Positions 24,443-38,986 are shown, counted from the whole stretch's first letter. The stretch is 63,921 bases of DNA, filler included, from Hyphochytrium catenoides (GCA_900088475.1; 10 parts of 10 records of this genome joined end to end with filler, not necessarily neighbours in it); one strand, 5' to 3'. Program-made: numbers and translations. Notes: generated from the sequence alone by a model not told the origin.

Positions 24443-26206
24443 TCCTTTGTACGCAAACCAGGATTGTCTGTTTCGTTGAGGAGTTTACAGTTTGCGGCGC
24501 TTGCTAGTCGTGATCCTTTGAACTTGATGACCATTCATTACGGTTCAAATATAAAGTTCCCATGTGTTTCCGGGCCAGTGGCCAAGTTATGTCGACATTT
24601 CAACATTGCTAATAGACCCGGGATTGATTGGGATGCGGATGGAGGGTGAGCGGTGATTGACTGCAGAGGGAGAGACGGACGACGATGACATAATCCACTG
24701 CTCACATAGTCTCGAGGCAACCATAGCAAGGAGCACTGGCAATAACTTGCACGAAAGACTTTGAACTGAAGCTAGTCGCAACACAAATCGCCCATGGTAT
24801 CCTCCATTAAACAACCGGCAGCGGCGAGGTCGCCATACCGTTCAACTCGGCACCGCCAGGGGCAGCGCAATAGGCTTGTCTCAGCATTGGTGGAGGACCT
24901 GCTGAGGCGGGTGGGTCGAGACCAACAGAAGGAGCGATGAGACCCTCATTGCTGCTTCGTTTGTGAAGGTCGCTCATTACACTCATGGTTCCTAACTAGG
25001 GCGGCACGGCTACCCAGGATCCACGATCACATCAGTTCTCTAAACCGACCAAGGGCTGTACTCTGCTCTCATAGTGGATCACTATCATCACCCTTTCTGG
25101 ACCAGTGAGCACTGTGCTTCCCATGGCTGGTTATCACCTACCAAGGACTACAGTCTGCTTCTAAGGATTGATGTACCGTCATTCGTTCCTGTGAACTGAG
25201 CCAGCACGTGCAGCACTTTTTAAACGATTGACACCATTTTCCTTTAATGCGAACTGAGCCGACATGGGGTGACGCTGCGTCTTCTACGGATGGAACAACG
25301 TCGTTCTTTCCTGCGAACTGCGAGCCAGCACGGGCTGCGAGCTGCACTCTGCATCTTCTAAGGATGGAACAACATCAATCTTCCCTGCTGCTGACGGCGA
25401 GCTAGCGCGGGCTGCGGACTGCACTCCGCTTCTACGGATGGAACAACATCATTCTTCCCTGCTGCTGACTGCGAGCCAGCGCGCGGTTCCGACTGCACTC
25501 TGCTCTCTACTTCCAAGGACTGATCACCATCTTTCTTCCCTATGCAACCAAAGAGTTGCGCTCGCTGCACAGCTCACTATCCAACACTGCCCAAGCTCAA
25601 CGTTAACGGCTCCACAACCTTCAAAGCGTAAATTAACGGTTTAAGCCTGTAAGGCCGGAGGAACTTTCAGAACTCACTTCGCCTCTCCTCCGTTTCTTGA
25701 CATTTCGTTGATGACAAGGCTTCCTTGCTTCCTTCCTTCCTCCTTCTCTCCCTCTGTCTGACCTGGCGCGACGCTGTGACAGCTGCTGACCGCATTGATC
25801 TTCGTCTCCTACCTGCGCTCGTGCAAGGCTGTTCTCATCGCTGTCTCCCAGTTTGCTGCTTCAGGGTCGCGGGTAATCCAGGGCTTAGAGGAAGCTTGGT
25901 CTCAACGGATGTATTGATTGCTCTGGACAGAAGAATGGGCTGAAAGCTTGATGATCCTATCCGAACGTCGTTTCTTATACTTTGCTAGTGGGAACCCTGG
26001 ACATATTTCATCGTCAACAACTGTCAGTCCTAGAAGTAAGACCTAGCGCTATCACTCCGCATCTACTCCAAGGGCCGCGTCTTCTTCTTGGTGGCATTGA
26101 TTGGGGAGATAGGCGGCTCAGCGATACATCTTAGATTGCAATCGAGAAGGAGCCACAGCTGACGGCGACCATGGAGTCTGCACAAACCTCGCAACAGCCA
26201 ATGTTC
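24443..26206 (-). mobile_element. Heavily decayed retroelement gag(-protease)-like relic
   Basis: Minus-strand fragments KYVQG..SIRNDVRI..AINTS (gag C-terminal-like) and LATGPETHGNFI (protease-like), broken by stops and frameshifts. Confidence 0.3.
25150..25545. repeat. Degenerate minisatellite, about 6 units of 60-81 bp
   Basis: CTTCTA(C/A)GGATGGAACAAC at 25281, 25355 and 25429 (74-bp spacing), with degenerate copies near 25158, 25216 and 25510. Confidence 0.8.
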
Positions 26207-26406
26207 NNNNNNNNNNNNNNNNNNNNNNNNNNNNNNNNNNNNNNNNNNNNTTAATTAATTAANNNNNNNNNNNNNNNNNNNNNNNNNNNNNNNNNNNNNN
26301 NNNNNNCTCTCTCTTTTCTCTCTCTCTCGCACTCATACCCACTCTCTCTCTCGCACTCATGCCCACTCTCTCTCTCGCATTCATACCCACTCTCTCTTTC
26401 TTTCTT

Positions 26407-26440
<34 letters not shown>

Positions 26441-27218
26441 ACTCATACTCTCTCTTGTCTCTCTCCGGGTCTCTATTTCGTGTGCGTCTCTCCCTCTCTT
26501 TGTATCTTCTGTCCTATTTTGCCATCCATGTCCCTTCCACCTCCCATGAGATCAGAACATAAATGTCCATCAACAGACATCGGCCTCGAGTCCTCGTCAT
26601 CAGCATGAGTTGAATCTCACTTCTCCCAGCCTCCTTCTCTCTCTCTCTCTCTNNNNNNNNNNNNNNNNNNNNNNNNNNNNNNNNNNNNNNNNNCTCCCTC
26701 TCTCTCTCTCTCTTTTTGTCTTTGTTCTCAGTCTTTCCGCATGTTTAACTTTCCTTAACTGGCCCTTATTCCCTCTTTTCCTCCTTTCAACTCTCTCGCC
26801 AGGATGGGGGACTTTTGGTCGTTGTAAAAGAAGTTAAGAGTGCTATCAGACAGCCTCGCTGGTGCTGTCATCAGAGGCGTGGGCCCAGTAAGAGGGTCTC
26901 TTCTGTATCCACACCGATCTCCTCTTCTCCACTTCTTCTCAGAGTATCTTCTCATAGTGACAAAGCCGACAGCATGAGAGAGAGAGAGCAAAATAGAGAG
27001 GTTTGGAGAGCGGAAAGGGGCCTTGGAAGACGAGGAAGATGCGTCACCAGAAGCAAGCAGCCACCAATAGAGAGGTCGGTGCACATCTCCCTTCATTTAT
27101 CAATTATCCCCCAGTCACAACGCAAGCACCAGGATCGCCAACCCCTTTTCAGTGTACAAAGAGGCTTATCGTTCCTGACAGACGGTCCACAGCTTCTCCC
27201 CTATCTCTGATAAAAAGC

Positions 27219-27743
27219 ATGTTACTCTTTAGCAGAAGTCGCTCTCTTGCTAGTCTTCTCCTTCTTCTTGTCCCTGCATTTTCCATAGAAGGCGCTAGCG
27301 CAAGACCACTCCTTCGTCATCTGGACGGCCCAACATCGGCTCCAGTGAAAAGCGACAAGAGCGAGCAACTTAAAGTTCCACCTGGAATAGAGCTCAAGAT
27401 GACTGGAGATGCCTTTCTCTTCTTCCGCGAGCAGCTGCTGAAGGTCCCAGGATACACAGAAGATACCATACAAAGACTTTGGCTCCAGACTGCGGAGGCC
27501 ATGAAGGCGGAGGCGGATGCTGCAGCCAGAAAGGCAGAAGCAGAGGCTTCAGCACGAAGATACGTGGCTGAGGCAGAGACCGCTGCCAAAGAGGCGGAAG
27601 CAGAGGCCGCGGCGAGAGAGGCAGAGGCAGAGTCGGGCGCCCGAATCGCGGAAGCTAATGCTTCAGTGAAGAAAGCGGAGATTGAGCTGAAGATGAAGGG
27701 CAGCGCATCGGTCCCTCAAGATGCTCCTAAGAGCCGCCCATAG
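27219..27743 (+). CDS. Intronless secreted protein (174 aa) with Ala/Glu-rich EAEA repeat coiled coil
   Basis: ATG at 27219 starts a signal-like peptide MLLFSRSRSLASLLLLLVPAFSIEGASA. Repeats AEADAAARKAEAEASARR..EAEAEAAAREAEAE follow. Confidence 0.7.
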   Translation: MLLFSRSRSLASLLLLLVPAFSIEGASARPLLRHLDGPTSAPVKSDKSEQLKVPPGIELKMTGDAFLFFREQLLKVPGYTEDTIQRLWLQTAEAMKAEADAAARKAEAEASARRYVAEAETAAKEAEAEAAAREAEAESGARIAEANASVKKAEIELKMKGSASVPQDAPKSRP

Positions 27744-28256
27744 AAGCCTCTCCATGGAAAGAGCCAAGAGCTCATATACTCTAGCCTCGCCGTCAGCTCA
27801 TCTCTGTAGTTCCCCATTTTATATAACTATATGACTGGTAGAGGAGGCAGACGGGTCGGGTCGCATTAGCCTCTGTCTTTCTATTTGAATCATGTTGCGG
27901 CATGTAAGAAAGACGGGCTTCGTGAATACTGATAAGACCTTAAGATATATATCTTAGACTATGTACTATGGCCGGTGCCCTTGCTTATCCTCAGGCAATG
28001 CTGTTAGGAGAGCGATGCCTGATTGGCATAAAAGACTTGAACTTAGCACCACTTATAAGACTAGCTCTCGCCCCTACTGCGACACGAGTGAGAGAGTCTG
28101 AAGAAAGGAGAGAGAGAGGCTGGCCATCGTTGTTATAGAGCCTGAAACTACAAAGACATTCGTTTTCTCCCGCCAAGAACTTGATCTATCTCTAGTGAAA
28201 GATAGGAGGGCTAAATGGGATGAAGTGATAGAGCATCTGCCAACCTATGTCCTTCT

Positions 28257-29952
28257 TCAGTCCCAGAAGAAAGAAATGGTCTGATAGCTCTGAGTGCAAT
28301 ATGCGAAAGTAAGCACATCTCGCAGTTTGCAGTCTGGTGCGGTACCTCCTCCGCCACCACCAAGTTTCATGCAGGATGAAAGCCAGCTTTGCTGTGCAGG
28401 ACTGTTTGCCAAGAGTCTCCATGAACAGGCAGCTCGCTTCTTTCTCTCGTGCTCTGCTTTTTTGGAGTTTAGGTGCTCGAGAGAGAGCTGCCAGAGGTCA
28501 CCTGCCAACAGCCGCGACAAAAACAATGAGTGAGTATCCAAGATTGAAGAGCTGCCAAAAAACCTTGGCGATAAGGCAATGACGGAATAACTTGAACTTG
28601 AGAACAAATGGCAAAAGAGAGAGGGAGAGCAGCCACGGTGTGAATATACACGTACAAGCGCAGGACAAAGCCCTAGCCAAATCAAAGAAGCTTGTATGTT
28701 AAATTCATCAATTGCTCGGAAAGTACGGGCCAGGGCATAGAAAAGAGGATCAGCGTGAGAGGAAAGAGGACTCAATAAAAAAGAAAGAAATGTCCAGGAG
28801 GGAAGATCTGCCATGAGCTTCTCTTTTTCCTTACTGAAGTATTCTCGTTCCGACTCCTGCCCTCCAAAGAGAAGAAGGGTCGGTCCCTTGCTATCAACCT
28901 CGCCCTCGAGACTCTCTGGGAGCTAGAAACAACAAGGTCATTAGCCGAGCTAAAGAGACAAGTGGGCTGACTAACGCGGGTAGGTTAAACAAGGAGTCAC
29001 GCCAGCGTCCTTTGCGACAGCTAGCTGCAGCCGGAACCCAAGAGGCTACAAATGCATAGCTCCTCTAAGAGAGCTCAATCATAAGAAGAAGGTCGCAGAA
29101 AGAGAAAGTGAGAAGCTGCTGAAGTGTCCTAACCCTCTTTTCTAGCCTCACCAGCGCGAGAGAGTGATAATATCTAGCGACCGGGGCCGGGAGAGGCGGC
29201 GGAGGATGGCCTTCAAACGTCAGATTGTAGTCTCCCTTTTTATAGGGAGAGAGGGGAGCAGAGCTTCCAAGGACCTTTAACCGCTTCCAGTTATCGTGAG
29301 GCCGAGAAAGGTCACTAGCACGGGGAGAAAGGCGAAGAAAGAATGGAGGCTTAGGCAAGCAACAGGGAACTGGGTGAGATATAAAGCAAGCGAGGGACGG
29401 GCATGAGGAGGCTGGCCCTCAAAGTATTACCAGTCACTAGCAAAACAGAAATGCATGGCTTCACAACGCCCCCTAATAAAAAAAAGAAGATGCTATTTCT
29501 AAGTAGGATCGGACACATGAGTGAAAATCAGGCAAGCAATGCGGTGGATTGAGAGGATGGACGCTATCTACGGTGCTAAGGCAGTACACCGTTTGCACTA
29601 CCAGATAGCGCAAGAGACGGGCGGAAGATTGAAGAGTCGCTCTCTAAAAAGAGAGAACAGACCAGGAGACCGGAAAAGAGGGGGATAGATCACTACCTGA
29701 TCCAGACGGAAGAATCATAAGTAAACTGGCTCCCTGCAGCCTGGATGCCACCGTAAGAGACGAGGCCCCACGGTCCAATCACTGCGCTACGCCCAAAACT
29801 CCGGAAGGAAGGAGGTGAGACAGGATTCAGCTAGAGGAGGAGTGGAAGGGAAGTGGAGCGGAAGCGAGAGAAAGTAGAAAAGAAAAGATAGGCGGCAAGA
29901 AAGAAATACAAAAGAGAGAGGTAAGAAGGATGAGATAAGAGGGCAAGAAAAA

Positions 29953-29992
<40 letters not shown>

Positions 29993-30326
29993 GGGGTGGG
30001 GGGAGAAGAGAGAAGAGAGAGGAGAGAGGAGATAGAGAGGGGAAAAGGAGAAGGGAATAAGATAGAAGAAGAGAGAGATCAAGTCAGCTGAGGTCTTCGA
30101 CAGGGAAGAGACAGAAGACGAAGGACTGTGGTCGTGGATGTACGACTTGACAAAACGTGGGGTAAAGGGGAGACAGAAGTGGGATCCGATGACCAGCATA
30201 CACGAAGAGTTTGAGCTAACAATGTTAGCTTGATCAAGTGATGCCCAAAAACAGCACGTCATGATTCACACTCTGCCCAGCAGGTATGTTCGTCACAGAA
30301 CAACGAAGGGGAGACGAAAAAGCCAC

Positions 30327-30360
<34 letters not shown>

Positions 30361-33137
30361 GGCGCACCTTTGTCCAAGCGTTAGTATTTTCATCCAGTCT
30401 GTACAGATCGCCCAGTTGTCTAGTGCTGTGTCCGCCATAGATGAACATAGAGCCACCCACAGTGATCGACGATTGGAGGAAGCGAGGAGATGGCAATGTC
30501 CCAAGAGCGCTTCCTGTCCGTTCAGTCCTGCAGAGAATGGAACAGAGACTTAGCTTCTGAAGACTCAAGAAGGAGGATAGCGAAGGGTAAGCTTGGCTGA
30601 AGCTAAAGAATAAGCTGATGAGGGACGATCCACCGTTAGGTGTAACGGCCAAGCGGTCCCATGAGAGGGACTTAAGAAAAAGAGGTGGAAAGCCTATAGA
30701 TGGAGAAAGAGAGTAGGCAGTCAGAGTATAAAAGCATGGCGGGAGGGTTCAAAGGGGATGGACAAGCAAGAGGCGGATAGAAAGGGCAGATACCATGTGT
30801 AGGTCGGATAACACTTTCTGAGCTTGGATCGTATACTCCAGCCATAGAAATTGCCTTCTATTTTATTGAAGTTCCGGTCTAGAACCCGCAGAGTCCAAGG
30901 ACCAGCACTCAGGGGAAGACCGAGGAAGGGAACGAAGGAGTCCAAAGGCTTGTAAGAGCCTTGGGAGAGGAATGGAGATGAGCAAGGAAAGTTAGCGAGT
31001 CTACTTCTCTCTCATGATGAAAGGCTAAGCATAACGACGCGCATGAGCATTCGGGGATCCGAGGAATTAGAGCTCACCTGTGAAGGATGTAAATACTGCT
31101 CGATGTGGGTCCTCCCGCGCATCATCTCGGAAACTGCCATAGAGGAGAGAGGAAGAGAGGAATTAAGATAGAGCAGTGTTTTATCTGTGAGTGAGACAGA
31201 GAGAGACACAGAAGAAAGAGGCAGAAATGCCTGCAAGCCCTTAAGCCATTTAAATGCAAAACTGATCCTGTCCTCAGCTTGCCTTTCACTCTCTCTCTCT
31301 CCTTCTGTCGCCTTAGCTATCTAGTCTTCTTTCGCTAGTCTATGATGGTCTTCTAGTGGCTTTCAAGCTTCAATCTTACGTTGTAGGGGTGAATGCTCCA
31401 CAAGTCCCGTCTGCCTTTCCGTCCACGGCATTGAAGAGCTGAATGCGAAACTCAAAGCCTGTGGGGCTGGATGAGGTCAACTGGGGCTTATCAAGAACGA
31501 GTCCAGATCCATCTTGAATTAGCTTGGACTCGTCTAGAAGGATCAGCTTCTCGGTTGGCTGTTCCTCCAGCCTGACAGACGGCATCCGACTCCCTGGGGC
31601 CGCATTAGGATCCATCCATGTGGTCTCCTGGCCTGAAATGGATGCCGGCGAAGGATTAAAGAGAAGCAGAGATGTAGGAGTTGGATAGGTAGGAAGAAGA
31701 AGTGCGGTTAGAGAGAAGAGTCTTAGGCACCAGTGGTGTGCCACATCAGACCTGGGAGATAAGAAAGAAATCCGCTAGAGATCAGCTAGAGGTCTTAGAA
31801 CAAGTCGTATGTAGGTACATTAGAGAGAGAGAGAGCATATGAGTTCATTCCGGAATGATGGAGAACAATAAGAGAGTAATGCAGCGACAATCGTGAGGGA
31901 TTCTTGCTAATAGTAAAGGCGAGAGCGCCAGACCTGGCGGGTAAAGGCTCATCCTTGCGTCCTGACTCTCATGTGGGAGTGAAGTAGGCCCAGGACCAGA
32001 CAGGTAGATCTCTATCGTACGGAAAGATCGTGCAAGTATAGTGTTTTAGTACAGACACAGAGAGAGAGGGGGAAAAAGAGAGAGAGAGAGACAGAGAGAG
32101 AGAAGAGAGAGAGAGAGTTATGGCGAAAGAAGGGAAGAATTTGTGTTAGCCTGTCAAGGCCAGAGAAAAATAAGGCTAGATAATAGAGCCGAGGAGAGAC
32201 ATTACAGGCTGGAGCCATACCTAGCTCTCCACTGCATGGATGGGTTATGTTGACAAAGATCTCCAACTCATCGATGCACAGATCAGAGGCTGATGAGGGC
32301 CGAATGATAGACTCGAAGAAAGATCCCTGGCAAAACAAAGAGCATGGATAGATGGGAAAATGAGAAGGAGGTCAGAGCAACAACTTTCAGGCATCAAAGA
32401 TCAAAGAGCATCAGCGGAAGGAGCTGTGATCTTGGAGAAGAGGCGGAACTCATCTGTTCGGCTGCAGGAAGCAATCCAAGATAAGTGGACAAGAGAGAGT
32501 TAAAAGAGAGAGAGAGAGAGACGCGATTCTTACCTCAATAATCCGTTTGCCCTCCGGATGAGAAACAGAAGCAATATCACTTGTTGAGGTGTTTACATTG
32601 AGCTCCCAGACGTCTCCTAGAAGCTGCTGTCTGCATTTTGCAGGAAGAGACAGACAGAGAGAGATCAGCCCCGCAAATGGTACTCCTCTCTCTAGAGCTA
32701 CATTCTCTAAATTTTGACCCCGCTTACCCTGTCGCCTTGCAGTCTGTGCATCCGCCAAAGACGATCATTTTGCCGTTGACTACAGAGGCTGAATGCAGCT
32801 CACGAGGAGGAGGGAGAGGTCCTACTGGAGATAGTAGTGCCCTGCCATGGAGATGGAAGAGAGAGTAAGTGACAGAGAGACAGAGAGAGAACTCAAGGAA
32901 TAAGTGATTAAGCCATTCGAGGTGCTATCATTAGAGAATGGACCTTCGCCGTATCTGTATCAGTCTCGAAAAGAAAGGAAGGCGAATAGACCTACCACTC
33001 TTTCGTTTTAGGATCAAATCTCCACAGCTCGTTGAGAGGACCGCGAGAGGTACGGCAGTCCAAAGCATTGCCAGGATCACATCTGCCAACCCACACGGAG
33101 AGAGAAATCAAAGAGAGAGAGAGAGAGAGAGACAGAC

Positions 33138-33188
<51 letters not shown>

Positions 33189-36100
33189 GACAGAGAGAGA
33201 AACAGAGGGAGAGAGAGAGAATTAGATAGAGACAATTCGTGAGGCACGGAAGGGGAGAATAGTTGCGATGGCAATCACATATGGGCCCCTCGTCTTCAGA
33301 CTCCAAAGATTGACGACAGATCTGGAATCAGTCGCATCTAAAAGACTACTCTGAATATGAGTGGAGAGAGAGGACCCCGTACAGATTGCATTGAGAAGAA
33401 AGGGGAGAAAAGGGGGAAGAATAGAGGCAAACCGAGCTCGTTTTTCTTCCGTACCGGTAGCCTGAAGTCGTCCCTCCAAACATATAAAGGAAGCCATCAG
33501 GAAGCGCAACCATAGAGTGCCCTAGTAGAGATTGTGCAAAGGGAGGAGTGCGAACGAGAAAGATGGTAGAAAAGAAAGAAAAGGAGAACGAGAGAGGTTG
33601 AGAGAATCGTCCGAGAGAGAAGTAAGTCACAAGATTATGACTGACCGGCTAAGGATAGCAGACCGAGAAGAGAAAGCAGTTGAGGAGGATACAGTCATGA
33701 GATAAGAAGGGAGACAAAAGAAGAGAGCAGAGAGTGACAGTGAGAAAGAAAAGAAAAGGAGAGAAAAGGGAGACCAGAGAGAAAGGAACGAAAAGAGAAC
33801 GCGGCAAAGATAGGGTCCATATATGCACCTCTGCGGGGAGAAGGCCTGTCAAATGCCTTGATGTGAGGAGGATCTGCCTCTCTTCTTCCGCTTCGAAAGA
33901 GCTCGCGGGTCCAGCGCCGTGTTAATATCTGGGGGGAAAGGGAAAGAGCAGGGGCGGTGTGAACGCGATAAAGAAATGTGTGGAAGGTCAGAGAGAGTCA
34001 GAGCGGAGAAGCAACGGGGTAGAGAGAGAGACAGATAGACAAACAGGCAAAGACAGACAGTGAGCCGGATACAAAGAGTAAGAAACATCAGACTATGGCG
34101 CCTTTCAGCCTGTTCTGCAGTAAGTAAATCGAAAGGACATGGGATTTTCCAAAAGCAGAATCTCAAGCACGTCGGATGTGAGAGAAAGAGCGGAAGTAAA
34201 GAATAGACTTCAGCACCTCCTTCCACTGGTTGACAGGTGCTGGCGGCGTGGTGAATGAGATGATAGCGCTGTACACCTCCTGGCCCGATCGGGATCTGCC
34301 CCTCACCCGGGCCCGGTAGGGAGATTCTGCTAGAAGGTTGGGGGGAGAGAAAGAGGACGAAGAGCCGCGGTACATCTGCCCGTGACAAAAGAACGAAACA
34401 GGGAGAAAACAAGAGAGGCAGTCAGAGAGAAGAGGAGAGAGAGAGGGGGAGGGTGCAGGGATCAGACATCAGCAAGGAGAGAGGCACAACGAGGAAGATA
34501 GGAACGATGGCTGAAAACGAGATGAGGAGAAGCATAAGGAAAGGATGCCTGGTTAGGTGGAGAGAGCTAAAACAGAAACTAGCGAGAGGGATACTTACAG
34601 GCCTAAAATCATCAGACACTTCCGGCGCTACTTCCAGCATAAAGGAGACGAGCTTGAGGGCAAAACAGGCGAGGAAGTTCCGGAAGGAACAATATGCGTC
34701 GAGGGCCGGGAAGGTACAGTGCACGTTCAAGGAGAGAACAAGAAGAAAGCCAGCAAAGAGAGGCGTCTTAGTTTGTTTGCTCCTCCAAGTCAGATAGTCT
34801 TCTTGTTGCACGCTGGTTTCGTCCCTCTTTCTCGCGCGTTTATTGACCTCCTTCCCGTCCCCTCCTCTCTTCTCTCTCTCTCTCTGTCTCTCTTTCTTTT
34901 CCGTACTCATTTATTCATTGCGATATTCATATCTCTTATCCTACCTCTTCGCCAGCAGGCGTGGGCCCCACAGTCCATTGAAAAGTGCCGTTTGGGGCCA
35001 CCGTCAGTTGGACAAGTGAGGAAGACAGAGCCCTTCGTGGTAAGATAGAGTCATATTTGCCAATAGACAAAACCTGAAGGTAAACAGTGAGACAAGAGCC
35101 GGAGAATGCCGTCCAAGGAAAGATGGACAACACTGAAAACTAGTCTGGCAGGTCCTAGGACGAAAACTGCTCGTGAAGTATAAGTAGTACACGGGGACTT
35201 CACAGGATAACCCAGAGAAGAGTGCTTTCCCGATGCCTGCGGGGATAGAGAGAGGGAGGGAGAGAGAGAGAGAGAGAGACGAAGAGAGAGAGAGAGAAGA
35301 GAGAGAAGTCATACTCTTGTGTTGTCGACGTAGCTCGCTCCGCCTCCTCCTCCTGCCCCTTCAAGGCCGCATCCTCCTCCTCCTCCTCCAAAAAATCCAC
35401 CTCCACCGCCACCACCGCCACTGTAGCAGCTTGCCCCTTCCCCGCCTTGAAGAACTCTGCCGTTGGATGCATTCTGGTAGTATTGACCTACAGAGAGAGG
35501 AACAAGGAGAGATATGGAGGGAGAGAGAGAGGGAGAGAGAGGAAGAGAGAGAGGAAGAGAGAGAGGAAGAGAGAGAGGAAGAGAGAGAGGGAAGAGATTA
35601 ATTGATAAGACAGAAACAGCAGAAGTAGCCGGCGTCAACAGTGGCGGGGGATAGTAAGAACGCAAGGCAGAGTATCAGAGGAAAGACACGCGGTCCACGA
35701 GCGAGGATAGAAGAGAGAGACAAAGAGAAAGTAATTCATGGGCCCAGGTCAAGACAGAGCAAATCTAGATTGGGCTCTCAATCTCTCTCACCTTCCATAT
35801 GTTCTACGTAACCAAAGGAAGAAAGAGCCCTGTACTGGTGAGAGAGAACCGCGAATGACGAGGAGCCACTAACGCCGCCTAATCCCGCGGTCTGAAGGGA
35901 AGAGTAGAGGGGGTAGCAAGAGTTATGGCAATAGAGAGAGCAGAGGAGGGTAACGCGTGAACGAGAGAAAGAGAGGGAGACGGGCTAAGACATCTCTAGG
36001 GAGAGGCTCTTCTGCGACCAAAGTACCATGCCATGCAAGAGGAGATTGGAAAGAGAAGGAGTAGAAACCTTGAATAAAAGAGACGACAAGGCTAGGGTAA

Positions 36101-37182
36101 CGGAGAAATAAAGTGTAAAGAGCGCCCTCTTCCATCTGCTCTCTTTCGATCTCTACTTCTGCTCTCCCTCTTGTCCTCTCTCTCTCTCTCTCTCTCTCCC
36201 CTCTCTCTGTCTTGTCTCCCTTTCTCATCCTTACTCCCTATCACTTACCCGATTTGTGGCACCAACGCCTGGCCCGGCCAGCACTGAGTAATCCGCCCCA
36301 GGGAACTGTCCCCTAGCAATATTCTGGCATAAGAACCGAGAGAAGCAAGGAGTGAGTGAGACAGCCATAGTCCAAGGCCCAAATGTCCGTTCTTATCAGT
36401 CAGTGTTGTTAGCTCTAAGAGGCTGACCTGCTCGTACGGAAACTCTTCAATGAACTCTGTCCGCGGAGCTTTCCCGCTTTCTGCGGCTGCCCCTCCAGCG
36501 CCTCCGTCTGCACAGCAATATGAGGAGTGTCCCGCCCCTCCGCCTCCTCCTGCCACGGCCAGCACTGTGCTACCGACAAAGACAGCGGTGGCACCTCCTC
36601 CTAAGAGAATATTGATAGAATATGAGTGAGCGAGGAGAAAGAAGGTAAAGCCAATAAATAAGAAGCTTAAAAGCAATGAACAGGTGTTGAAGAAGCGATA
36701 GCCCTGGAGCACACTAGAGCTATAGGAAAGGAGCAGGGATGGAATAGAGAGTCACTAAGATGCTTAGAGATTAAAGGCATACTCAAGACAACGCAGTGGG
36801 TTGACAGAAAGAGAGAGCACAAGACGAACTAACACAGAGAGAGAGTAGGTTTTTGGGGATATTAAGAGCCACAAAAGAGAAAGAGCCACATCTGCGCAAA
36901 GAGCTGACCTCCACTTCCTCCCATAACTCCGCCGCCACCATCACCGCCGCCCCCGTATCCTCCTTGTCCGCCCTTATTGGAGACAGAAGCTTCTCCTCCT
37001 CCTCCAACTCGAACCGTGAGGACTTGCCCAGGAATGGCTGGAAACAGAGAGTAGGAGAAAGATCCTCCGCCTCCTTTCCCAGCCTGTCCTCCACCGCCTC
37101 CTGCGCCCCATAGCTTCACGCTCAGAACACTATTTTTGAGTTCTGGTCCTAAAGAATTGATGTGCAAGAAGGAAAGATGCCG

Positions 37183-37218
<36 letters not shown>

Positions 37219-38948
37219 TACCAAATCAAGCCAAGATGTCAGCAACTCGTAGTGCAAAAGAGGGAGAGAGAAGGAAGAGGGAGAGAGATAATGCAGGGAC
37301 AGGAAGAGAAGAATTGTCAAACAGCAACAGAGGCTTTAGGTCCTCGGTTTGGAGAGCAGAGGCTTCTCCCTCTCTTCCTTTTTCGATTCCTTACGGTCAG
37401 GTATCTTATAACTCTGGTTCCGTCCTTCAAAGAGAAAGACTACTTTCTGCTCTTCTTTCTCTCCCTCCCTTCCTGATTCTCCCAACAGAGAGAGAACGGC
37501 CATGCCCGGTTTGCCACTAGCGCCCACTGCACCTCCTTCCGCTGTTGGAGCCTTGTAGTCGCTATCTAGCGTGTTGGCGGCCAGAGAGCCACTTCCACGA
37601 AGGAAAAAATATCCTTGCGAGAAGAGAAAGCACCAAGAAGAGCAACGAAGGGTGAGTCAACCTACTCACGGGAAGACTAGAATCTACCTCTCTTCCTTCC
37701 CGTTTTGCTACTTCTTCTTCCTCTTTAGGTCTTCTCTCTCCCTCTCCTCCCTCCTTTCTTTCTCCCTTCTCTGTCCCTTTGGCCCTACCTCCTTCCTTGG
37801 GTTGTGGGGGATGGAGAACCAGCTCGGGGATGTCTCTTTCTGTCCTCACAGGCTCACTGGTAGTGCTCCATTCGCTTCTCTCTTTCTCACGCTCTGCCCT
37901 CACACGGAAAACATACTCCGCGAGAGGAGAGAGAGAGGAGACGATGCGGGAAAACGACAATGAAGGCGGTGAAGGCAGAGCTCCTTGCTGCGAGACTGTG
38001 ACACTAAGATCATAAAGATCTGGGGTTAGGACAAGAAAGAACACCAAAAAATGATGACAGAGGAGATAGACTGGAAGAAGTAGAAGAGAGAGAGAAAGAA
38101 AGAGGGGCGGAGTGAGAGAGAGAGAGGAAGAAAGAGAGACACATCGCATGGAGGCAAGTTGGAAAAAAAAGGGCACAATGGAGGTAAAAGAGAGAGAGGA
38201 AAGGAGAGAGAACAGGCGGGGGCAGAGAGATGTGAGAAGAAACTTGACATGATCCTCATGGTTTCTTAAAAAGCTAGACCGTTGAGAAATATATTGAAGA
38301 AAAAGAGAGAGCAAAGAAAGAGAAAGAACATGTTCTTCCCGTACGTGACTCTTCCTCCTGAGCCTGTCCAGGGCGCTACCAACTCATCACTTGCGACGGC
38401 GAGAGCTGGGATCTCGTTGTTGGCAATCATCGAACTGAGGAAGAGACAGAGTAGGACAGTAGACAGGGAAACGAACGTTTACAAATCCATAGAGAGAGAA
38501 AGAGTATAGCCAAAGAGATAAGAAAGCCAAAAGCCCTAAGAAACCTGATCAAGAGAGGGCCGTAGGTCTCTGTACAAAGCGTAGGGAGAGCTAACAGATT
38601 CTCTTTCTCTCCCTCTTTCTCTCTCTCTGTCTCTCTTGTGAACGGCGACTAGTACAGCTTCGCGCTTTCTTGCCCCTTACCCGCTAAAGGTGACAGTCCA
38701 CTTATATGTGTTCCGAGCGTCAGGTCCAGACCGCGAGAGAGAGACAATAGAAGGAAGATTCCGCAAAGTGGAGAGAGCCGCCTGAAAGAGAGCTGGAGAA
38801 GCGTCGAAGCGAATGGGCCCTGTGTGCCGCGAAAGAGTCTCTGAGCTGCGCTCTGGAGAGTCCGGAGGACCGTAATAGGAAAGCCTGCAGACGGGCAGGA
38901 GCATTGCTTAAAAAGGTAAGGCTATTGAAGAAATTGGGAAGGGAGAGC

Positions 38949-38986
<38 letters not shown>

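Noticed and set aside
25150-25545. CRISPR-like array
   Set aside because: The intervening segments are homologous to each other, the context is eukaryotic, and no cas genes are present.
27295-27325. RxLR effector motif after the signal peptide
   Set aside because: The sequence is RPLLR, which does not fit RxLR, and there is no clear dEER.
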